This document shows positions 1 to 6,400 of a stretch of 36,062 bases of DNA, piece by piece; within the stretch, counting starts at the first letter, position 1, and each line of letters starts with the position of its first letter. Source of the stretch: a virus; the IMG/VR virus record IMGVR_UViG_3300031853_000142, positions 1 to 36,062 of that record. The stretch is one strand, 5' to 3'. The notes under the pieces are model-generated. The model had not been told where the DNA came from and searched no databases. It worked only from the letters and a program-made list of their open reading frames with translations. The translations under genes were made by a program, and so were the position numbers.

Positions 1-2
1 GC

Positions 3-164
3 GAATGGATTAATAGTGAATGGTTCGGTTTGAACAGAGCTTTAGTCAATGCCCGTACTGTTAGCAGATTGATTAGTAGCGGTATGTATTGCAATAGTAA
101 TATTTTAAGTGAAATCAATTATGAGAAGGATGGTAATCTTGGATATTACTGGGTGGAAGTATGA
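3..164 (+). CDS. 5'-truncated hypothetical protein (...EWINSEWFGLNRALVNARTVSRL...YYWVEV*)
   Basis: Open frame from window start to TGA 162-164, overlapping the MTase start as ATGA (translational coupling typical of virus operons); not in the ORF track. Confidence 0.6.
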   Translation, partial: EWINSEWFGLNRALVNARTVSRLISSGMYCNSNILSEINYEKDGNLGYYWVEV

Positions 165-1453
165 AACAACCAATAAAATATTTCAGTATGTTTAGTGGAA
201 TAGGAGGTTTTGAGTATGGAATGGAACAATCTGATTATGAATTTGAGTGCGTTGGTTACAGCGAAATAGACAAGTATGCGAGGAGTATTTATGAAAGACA
301 CTATCCAAACCACATTAACTACGGAGATGCAACACTCATCAATACCGAAGACTTGCCAAGTTTTGAGTTCCTCGTTGGAGGATTTCCTTGTCAAGCTTTC
401 AGCATTGCTGGAAAACGAAAAGGATTTGACGAAGCAAGAGGAACACTATTTTTTGAGATTGCAAGGGTTCTCCGAGACAAAAAGCCCTCTTGTTTTTTAC
501 TCGAAAACGTTAAGGGCTTATTATCTCATGATAGGGGCCGAACTGTCCAAACCATTTTTAGGGTCTGCGATGAACTCGGGTATGATGTATCATGGGCGGT
601 TTATAATTCCAAAGACTATGGTGTGCCGCAGAATAGGGAGAGGATTTTTATTAAGGGATATTCTCGAACCAGTTGTGGAGGAGAAGTATTATCTGTCCCC
701 AGAGTTGACAAGGCGGTTGATGAGCCAATGAGCAACACTTATTATGGTGTTCGTGCTGGTCGTGGGCATAAGGATGATGAGATTATGAACACCTTGTCTT
801 GCAGTGGTCATAATGGTGGAAGTAGCCAGTTAATACAAATCAATGATAAGAAGCAACAAGCAGAGCGTGTTTATGATAGTGAGGGTTTGGCTGCAACATT
901 GTTAGGTACGGGGAGTAAAGGATTGTATAAAATCAATAAGGTTGGGGAAATCAATAATCATCAATCTGGTCAAGTTTATGATGTTGATGGGATTTCTCCT
1001 ACACTATGTGGTGGTGATGGGGGATTAGGTGCAAGAACTGGATTGTATAAGATTAACACGGTTAAAAAGGGTAAACATCAAAGTGGGAATGTTTATGGTG
1101 ATGATGGAGTGAGTCCTTGTTTAACTGCTGTAGATTATAAAAGACCAGTGAAAATTGTTCAACCTGTGCTTACTCCTGAACGTGAAAACAAAAGACAAAA
1201 CGGCCGCCGTATGAAAGACAATGATGAGGAAATGTTTACATTAACAGCAACAGACAAGCATGGAGTCTACGATGGCATAACCGTCCGCAAACTAACACCA
1301 GTGGAATGTGAAAGGTTGCAAGGGTTCCCTGATGACTGGACAAAATACGGCAAAGACAACGAACCGATATCTGACACACAACGATACAAATGTTGTGGTA
1401 ATGCAGTTACTACGAACGTGATATCTGCGATAATAGAGGAGATGTTCCAATAA
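161..1453 (+). CDS. DNA (cytosine-5)-methyltransferase, main (alpha) reading frame
   Basis: Motif I FSGIGG, IV GFPCQ, VI ENVKGL, VIII PQNRERIF, variable region with repeated modules, IX RKLTPVECERLQGFPD, X RYKCCGNAV. Confidence 0.96.
   Translation: MKQPIKYFSMFSGIGGFEYGMEQSDYEFECVGYSEIDKYARSIYERHYPNHINYGDATLINTEDLPSFEFLVGGFPCQAFSIAGKRKGFDEARGTLFFEIARVLRDKKPSCFLLENVKGLLSHDRGRTVQTIFRVCDELGYDVSWAVYNSKDYGVPQNRERIFIKGYSRTSCGGEVLSVPRVDKAVDEPMSNTYYGVRAGRGHKDDEIMNTLSCSGHNGGSSQLIQINDKKQQAERVYDSEGLAATLLGTGSKGLYKINKVGEINNHQSGQVYDVDGISPTLCGGDGGLGARTGLYKINTVKKGKHQSGNVYGDDGVSPCLTAVDYKRPVKIVQPVLTPERENKRQNGRRMKDNDEEMFTLTATDKHGVYDGITVRKLTPVECERLQGFPDDWTKYGKDNEPISDTQRYKCCGNAVTTNVISAIIEEMFQ
291..731 (+). CDS. 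Overlapping +1-frame ORF (146 aa), M.EcoHK31I beta-polypeptide-like
   Basis: AGGAG SD at 281-285 before ATG 291; C-terminal NSGMMYHGRF...LLRDILEPVVEEKYYLSPE resembles the recalled beta polypeptide; ATG and open frame conserved in the diverged second copy. Confidence 0.72.
   Translation: MKDTIQTTLTTEMQHSSIPKTCQVLSSSLEDFLVKLSALLENEKDLTKQEEHYFLRLQGFSETKSPLVFYSKTLRAYYLMIGAELSKPFLGSAMNSGMMYHGRFIIPKTMVCRRIGRGFLLRDILEPVVEEKYYLSPELTRRLMSQ
368..732 (+). repeat. 365-bp exact direct repeat, copy 1 (identical to 35698-36062)
   Basis: Line-by-line comparison; offset 35330 bp; upstream sequence is homologous but diverged back to the MTase start, and unrelated beyond it. Confidence 0.97.
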
Positions 1454-1462
1454 AGAGGTGGA

Positions 1463-1612
1463 ATGATGAGTGATTGTGATAATTGCATACACACTTTCTA
1501 TAATGATAATACGTGGTACTGCCTACTAGGTAACCGACCAAACAAGGAATGCGAGGACTACCACCACTGGAACAGATTAACAGATGAAGAGAAGAGACAA
1601 TGCAGAAGCTGA
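1463..1612 (+). CDS. Small Cys-rich hypothetical protein (49 aa, CDNC...C...C)
   Basis: GAGGTG SD upstream; fills the gap between the MTase and the next ORF; not in the ORF track. Confidence 0.65.
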   Translation: MMSDCDNCIHTFYNDNTWYCLLGNRPNKECEDYHHWNRLTDEEKRQCRS

Positions 1613-1803
1613 AATGTAATTATTGTGGGAATACCCTAACTATAAGCGAGGTTTGGGCATTCCTACATTATTTATTCAAAAAGAAGTATTATGTGCAATG
1701 CCCAAAGTGCAAGCATATTAGCAATTACTATATTCGCTTATGGCTAACCCATGATACCACCGACAAGCTCGAAAAAGAAACCAACAAAAAACTAAGATGG
1801 TGA
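1600..1803 (+). CDS. Small zinc-ribbon protein
   Basis: CNYC...CPKC pair; overlaps neighbours in an operon-like fashion. Confidence 0.7.
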   Translation: MQKLKCNYCGNTLTISEVWAFLHYLFKKKYYVQCPKCKHISNYYIRLWLTHDTTDKLEKETNKKLRW

Positions 1804-2054
1804 GAAACTTTATGACAACAACAAAAACAATACCCTTAAAAGACCTGGTAGAACAAGCCCGCAAAGAATACGGATGGCCAAACCTACGCTCAAGTCCAAA
1901 GAAAGACGAAATACGAAAAATCCCAGACACCTACTGGAAAGAACAACACGATCAAGGCAAACAACTAAAAGAAGTAGCCGAAGAATTAAACATAAGCCCC
2001 TGCTACCTATCTAAATACCTAACATCACAGGGCATCTATTGGAGACAGTTATGA
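1797..2054 (+). CDS. Helix-turn-helix DNA-binding protein (start may be 1812)
   Basis: C-terminal GKQLKEVAEELNISPCYLSKYL HTH-like pattern. Confidence 0.65.
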   Translation: MVRNFMTTTKTIPLKDLVEQARKEYGWPNLRSSPKKDEIRKIPDTYWKEQHDQGKQLKEVAEELNISPCYLSKYLTSQGIYWRQL

Positions 2055-2233
2055 TGAATGGCAGATACGAATATGACATACAGAACCGGTTAATCAAAAA
2101 AGATGGGAATTACCTTGCAAGATTAACCGACAAGGAAGCCCACAAGATAATTGATGAGCTTAACAGACAAGACAGAAAACTGAATGAGTATGAAAGAACA
2201 ATCGCCAAGATAAGGAAAATATTAAGAAGCTGA
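2051..2233 (+). CDS. Hypothetical protein
   Basis: ATGA coupling with the upstream stop; C-terminal coiled coil. Confidence 0.65.
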   Translation: MMNGRYEYDIQNRLIKKDGNYLARLTDKEAHKIIDELNRQDRKLNEYERTIAKIRKILRS

Positions 2234-2239
2234 TAAACC

Positions 2240-2404
2240 ATGCCGAACCAATTAGAAAACCTACTACGGGAAGTACAACAAAGCATAACCATGATAGACA
2301 AAAGAATACACTCACTTGATGAAAGAAAAACTGAACTAGTCCAATTCCGCCAGGAACTAGTCCAGGAACAAGAACGATTACTCAGGGAGAAGAGGATAAG
2401 ATGA
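2240..2404 (+). CDS. Small coiled-coil hypothetical protein (54 aa, MPNQLENLLREVQQS...)
   Basis: Fills the gap; stop overlaps the next ATG (ATGA); not in the ORF track. Confidence 0.65.
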   Translation: MPNQLENLLREVQQSITMIDKRIHSLDERKTELVQFRQELVQEQERLLREKRIR

Positions 2405-2595
2405 ATCCAAAACATAAAAGAAGCCTAAACATAATCAATGACACAATAACCGACCTAACCAACTTCATCAATAATTTTTACCAACAACTACCAAAAGGAG
2501 GAGACGATCCAAACCTTGACAAGAGGATAAAGTCTGACCTTGAAGACCTAAGGATTTGCATTCAATTATATGAGAACAGGTTGGAACGGGAATGA
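2401..2595 (+). CDS. Hypothetical protein
   Basis: ORF track; ATGA coupling at both ends. Confidence 0.65.
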   Translation: MNPKHKRSLNIINDTITDLTNFINNFYQQLPKGGDDPNLDKRIKSDLEDLRICIQLYENRLERE

Positions 2596-2858
2596 AATGC
2601 GGATACTGTGGGTCACCCTTTATTCCACAGTATCCTCATCAGAAATATTGCAGTAAGACTTGCAGCAGTAATCGCCACAGAGAGCAGAAATGTGCTTATG
2701 CAAGGCGAAGATATAAAAGGATAAGGGATAAAGACCTGATTAATCCCAGTCAATTCAAGCCAGGCACAAGCAACTTACACCAACACAAGCTTGCTGATGA
2801 TGAGGCGGAGTACAAGCGAATACAACAAGAAATGCGACGATTAAAATTGAGAGGTTAA
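2592..2858 (+). CDS. Zinc-finger protein (CxxC...YCSxxC), paralog A
   Basis: CGYCGSPF...QKYCSKTC; C-terminal DEAEYKRIQQEMRRLKLR shared with 3470-3733. Confidence 0.75.
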   Translation: MKCGYCGSPFIPQYPHQKYCSKTCSSNRHREQKCAYARRRYKRIRDKDLINPSQFKPGTSNLHQHKLADDEAEYKRIQQEMRRLKLRG

Positions 2859-3149
2859 ACTGTCTATAAGTATTAGTAGTATAGGAGGAAAACAAAGGCA
2901 AAAAATGGGGATCAAACATTTTCACCTAAAAACTTGGATGATACTTCCCAATAATAATACTAATCTTCCCCACACTACTTCCTTTCTTTTTCTTTTATAC
3001 AATGTGCATATAGTAATTCATTAATACAAAGTTCCAAGTAATTAAAAGTCAAATCGTCGCAAAGCAAAGTATATACCAAATAGTTTTACCATTTTCTATA
3101 GCCAAAAAATATAACAACAGTCTTCAATCATTTGTGCAATATAGTATTC

Positions 3150-3179
3150 ATTTAAGTCCCTCCTATAAGGATTTGAAAC
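3150..3179 (+). CRISPR. Solitary CRISPR-repeat-like unit (30 nt), not a full array
   Basis: ATTTAAGTCCCTCCTATAAGGATTTGAAAC; the 3' 18 nt differ by one base from CCTATAAGGAATTGAAAC, the recalled 3' end of 30-nt type I-B-associated repeats; small hairpin TCCT-ATA-AGGA. Confidence 0.5.
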
Positions 3180-3360
3180 ACAACAAATGGGAAATGTATC
3201 ATCCAAAAATGGTGAAAAAAACAAGTTTATTCTTTTAACTGGCATGGATTTTTGGTTCAAACCCAAACCAAGCCACAATATTTCCAAAAAAAGAAACCAT
3301 TGTTTAAGGAATATGTGATATAAAAATATGCAAACCAATATCATAATATAGTAAAAAACT

Positions 3361-3430
3361 GGGGGAGTACCATTGGGGGCTTCAGCAACCATAACACTTT
3401 TTTATGGGCCTCAAAACTCCCCCTTTTTTT
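3361..3430 (+). ncRNA. Candidate structured small RNA or RNA element followed by U7
   Basis: Nested stems GGGGGAGT/ACTCCCCC, TTGGGGGC/GCCTCAA and CCATAA/TTATGG, with an 8-nt bulge TTCAGCAA; GC-rich island in AT-rich intergenic DNA. Confidence 0.45.
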
Positions 3431-3469
3431 ACCACTACAAAAAAAGATAATACTTTTAACACTATTTTT

Positions 3470-3733
3470 ATGACTACTCACTACTGCCAACTATGCGGAA
3501 AACCCTACAAGAAAACCACGAACAACCAAAGATACTGCTCACAAGAATGCAGTCAGGAGGCCCGCAGACTCAAATCACGAGTATATTTTAGTCGATGGTA
3601 CACGAAAAACAAAGTATACTGTTGGGCAAGAAAAAAAGGCACCGGCACACTAGGACCACACAGGCACGAAACCGATGAATCCGAATACGAAGCGATCCAG
3701 AAAGAATTGCACCGCCTACGGCTACGAAAATAA
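3470..3733 (+). CDS. Zinc-finger protein (CxxC...YCSxxC), paralog B
   Basis: CQLCGKPY...QRYCSQEC; the track start at 3404 lies inside the RNA hairpin, and ATG 3470 aligns with paralog A. Confidence 0.75.
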   Translation: MTTHYCQLCGKPYKKTTNNQRYCSQECSQEARRLKSRVYFSRWYTKNKVYCWARKKGTGTLGPHRHETDESEYEAIQKELHRLRLRK

Positions 3734-3757
3734 AACTAACCCTAATCCTTTTTGACT

Positions 3758-3800
3758 TGCTTTGAGTGTATAATAACAGAACCCAAAATAAAAGGATAGG
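3758..3800 (+). promoter_or_regulatory. Putative late promoter/leader, copy 1 (TGCTTTGAGTGTATAATA...AATAAAAGGA)
   Basis: 18-bp exact match to 8871-8888 plus a shared downstream AATAAAAGGA; lies before the packaging operon. Confidence 0.6.
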
Positions 3801-3809
3801 GAGGATAGG

Positions 3810-4169
3810 ATGAGTGGAGTCGAATGCCTACACGAAGAACAAATACAAGCCCAATCACGGAAAATAACCGAACTAGAAACCCGTGCGGATTTCAAAGACA
3901 AACGAATCGATGAACTATACACTAAGATGGATAAGATGGAAAACAAACTAGACAAGCTTAATGAGAATGTCAATCAATTATTGATACAATCACGGCAAGG
4001 GGACACCGACCTCGAATTAAGACTCAAAGCCATCGAAACCGAACTCGCACTACAAAAACAAACCACCCTCGATAACCACAACCGAATATCTAGCTTGTTA
4101 GCAATTATTGGTGTCGGATTAACTATTATAACCATCTTGATTAACGTTTATTTCAACATAATACGATAA
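3810..4169 (+). CDS. Coiled-coil protein with C-terminal transmembrane helix (XhlA-like architecture)
   Basis: Heptad-rich N-terminus; hydrophobic LLAIIGVGLTIITILINVYF; GGAGG SD. Confidence 0.7.
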   Translation: MSGVECLHEEQIQAQSRKITELETRADFKDKRIDELYTKMDKMENKLDKLNENVNQLLIQSRQGDTDLELRLKAIETELALQKQTTLDNHNRISSLLAIIGVGLTIITILINVYFNIIR

Positions 4170-4221
4170 CCCATTCATTAGAGAAAAATAAGATACAACA
4201 AGATTAAATAAGGATGATAAT

Positions 4222-4929
4222 ATGGCAATAACCGAATGGCACACTCCAATACATGAATGTCAAAAAGGAGAAGTACAAAGGGAACGATGCTATTTAGAGC
4301 CATACTTTTTCTTCAATGGAAACTTAAAGGACTATGCCAAATTATTGCAGTATGCATTTGCTAAACAACATGAACAAAACCTGAACAAAACTTGCACAAA
4401 TTATGAAGAGTTCCTTGAGAAACAACCTATCTGTTTTCATCCATATGACAAAGACAAAGGCCAAGCTCCAACATACCAACAATTAAGACATTGGAGCAAT
4501 GGAGTCAATACCAACTGTGATGAAAAACATAACTGGGATGAAAGAAGGTCCAGTAAAAGAAATGAGTTCAGTAGATTACAATCAGAAAATATGGCTGCAC
4601 AGTTTGCCGAGGATATGCCTTATTTTTATGAATGTGTTAAAAAAGGATTTCAAGAAGTTGATGAGTCTGTAGACAATGCCAAAATGATGGGGAAATTCAC
4701 ACCACATCAAGCAGAATCCGCAACCAAAGGAAGAAACAATGCAGTCAACAGTTTACTCCAATTAACTGGTAAAGACAAAGATTATAATGTTAAAGCCGAT
4801 GTCAATGCAGATATTGAAGCCAAAGCAGAAGTAGAAACCAAAGCAGATATTGCTCAAGACATCATACTCAAACCAGAATATGTAGAACTAACAAGAAAAC
4901 TGTTGGAGGATGTTGTCAATGACTCCTAA
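4222..4929 (+). CDS. terS: Probable terminase small subunit
   Basis: Position directly upstream of and overlapping terL; size; helical C-terminus. Positional inference only. Confidence 0.6.
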   Translation: MAITEWHTPIHECQKGEVQRERCYLEPYFFFNGNLKDYAKLLQYAFAKQHEQNLNKTCTNYEEFLEKQPICFHPYDKDKGQAPTYQQLRHWSNGVNTNCDEKHNWDERRSSKRNEFSRLQSENMAAQFAEDMPYFYECVKKGFQEVDESVDNAKMMGKFTPHQAESATKGRNNAVNSLLQLTGKDKDYNVKADVNADIEAKAEVETKADIAQDIILKPEYVELTRKLLEDVVNDS

Positions 4930-6394
4930 AATACCTGACAACCCAGCATTCTTTGCAATGAAAGCAAGTGAAAACACATGGAAACCCTTCCAACACTTAA
5001 TACTCATAATTGAATTATTACTCTATGTAGTACAAGGCAGACTATCACGATTAATGATATTCTGCCCACCAAGACATGGCAAATCAGAATTAATCAGTTA
5101 CTATTTTTTAGCATGGTACCTCGGATACTTCCCTGACAAGAAAGTCATATTAACAACACATACTGCAGCTTTCAGTAGGAAATGGGGAAGAAGAGTCCGG
5201 AACCTATTAAAGAAATACGGATTAACACTCTTCGAACAAGAAATACGATTATCAGAAGACAGTCAAGCCGCAAGTAACTGGAACATCAAAGGCCATCAAG
5301 GAGGATTATTCACAAGTGGTACTGGTGGGGCAATCATAGGTGAAGGTGCAAACCTATTCCTAATTGATGATCCAACTAAAGGTTTCAAAAAAGCTAACAG
5401 TAAAACTCACCAACAAGAACTGAATGACTGGTGGTATACTGAAGCCAAGACAAGACTTGATGCCGACCTTGAGAAAGGAATCAAACCGGGAGTAATTGCT
5501 ATCTTCCAAAGATTAAACAAATGGGATTTAGCCGGACAAATATTGTACAAAAAAGATGGGGAGAAGACAGTTCCCAACGAACCTCAAATGGATATATTCA
5601 AAGCATTGGAAATCCTACGGAATGGTGGAACTATCCCTTATGGCACATGGGTTATCTGTAATCTACCAGCAATAGCTGAAGAGAATGACCCATTGGGCCG
5701 TGAACCCGGAACTGCATTATGGCCTGAAAAAGTACCTGTTGAAGAACTCCAACAAAACAAAAGAACAATGGGTAGTTTCAGATTCAATGCAGTTTATCAA
5801 GGTAACCCAATGGAACCTGAAGGGGGAGTATTCAAAAGAAAATGGTTCCGAAATAGCAAAGTGCCTGACAAGCAGATGGACCAAATGATAAAAGACTTGC
5901 CAAGCTTGCGATATTGGGATTTGGGTGCAAGCGGTGAAGAGGGAGACAATACTGCCGCTAATTTAAGTTATTATGATGGAGAGTATTTGTATTTTAGAAA
6001 ACAATTGAACAAAGGATTGACTCCATTGCAAGTAGATAAATATTTTGTTAATGTTACTTTGAGAGATGGTAAAGAAACCACAGTTCGTATTGAGCAAGAA
6101 CCGGGTGCATCTCCTAAAGTTTTGATAAATAAATTTTCAAGACATAAAAAACTGAAAGGGCATCGAATAAGGCCTGACAAAGTGAGAAATGCTGGTGATA
6201 AATTAACAAGAAGTTTCGATTTGCAGTCTTTGGCTGAAGATGGAAAAGTGTTGATAGCAGAATCAATCTTTGATGAAGTTGTTAATGAGTTAGTGGAATT
6301 CACCGGAGAAGAAGGCGGAACCGATAACATTGTGGATACCTGTACTGGTGCTGCAAGGTATTGGTTAAGGCCTAAAAGGAAAGTTAATGCGTGA
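4919..6394 (+). CDS. terL: Terminase large subunit
   Basis: Walker A PPRHGKSEL, Walker B LFLIDDP, C-terminal RNase H-like nuclease (YWDLG...DNIVDT); GGAGG SD favours ATG 4919 over the track start 4910. Confidence 0.95.
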   Translation: MTPKIPDNPAFFAMKASENTWKPFQHLILIIELLLYVVQGRLSRLMIFCPPRHGKSELISYYFLAWYLGYFPDKKVILTTHTAAFSRKWGRRVRNLLKKYGLTLFEQEIRLSEDSQAASNWNIKGHQGGLFTSGTGGAIIGEGANLFLIDDPTKGFKKANSKTHQQELNDWWYTEAKTRLDADLEKGIKPGVIAIFQRLNKWDLAGQILYKKDGEKTVPNEPQMDIFKALEILRNGGTIPYGTWVICNLPAIAEENDPLGREPGTALWPEKVPVEELQQNKRTMGSFRFNAVYQGNPMEPEGGVFKRKWFRNSKVPDKQMDQMIKDLPSLRYWDLGASGEEGDNTAANLSYYDGEYLYFRKQLNKGLTPLQVDKYFVNVTLRDGKETTVRIEQEPGASPKVLINKFSRHKKLKGHRIRPDKVRNAGDKLTRSFDLQSLAEDGKVLIAESIFDEVVNELVEFTGEEGGTDNIVDTCTGAARYWLRPKRKVNA

Positions 6395-6400
6395 TATATT

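Noticed and set aside
1-367. Simple circular-assembly terminal overlap
   Set aside because: An overlap would make 1-367 identical to 35331-35697; they differ in the MTase 5' end and entirely in the upstream gene
2905-3024. 39-codon ORF after AGGAGG (possible small toxin)
   Set aside because: The SD is ~16 nt from the ATG, and the ORF runs through a T-rich terminator-like tract
3130-3139. Putative spacer 3113-3149 targeting the TTGCACAAAT repeats at 28278 and 28742
   Set aside because: Only 10 contiguous nt of complementarity, outside the seed; compatible with chance
3180-3218. CreA-like guide directing Cascade to DNA at 2919-2950
   Set aside because: The first 8 nt (type I seed) do not match and the match contains indels; better treated as an RNA or inverted-repeat pairing
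3083-3260. Bona fide CRISPR array
   Set aside because: Only one convincing repeat; the neighbouring candidates are 13/30 or worse; no cas genes
3195-3280. Complete tRNA gene
   Set aside because: Only a T-arm-like and acceptor-like hairpin; no D arm or anticodon arm at the required spacing
3376-3392. SAM-I riboswitch (GCTTCAGCAACC matches the recalled J2/3-P3 segment of B. subtilis yitJ)
   Set aside because: The downstream GGTGC partner, P1 AUC and kink-turn are absent in both copies; SAM-I is not established in archaea
3096-3392. Minus-strand 98-aa ORF in the non-coding block
   Set aside because: No SD, low-complexity AT-driven sequence, antisense to structured elements
4919-6394. Inteins or introns in terminase, portal or helicase
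   Set aside because: Lengths are normal, and no Cys...His-Asn splice junctions or LAGLIDADG blocks are visible
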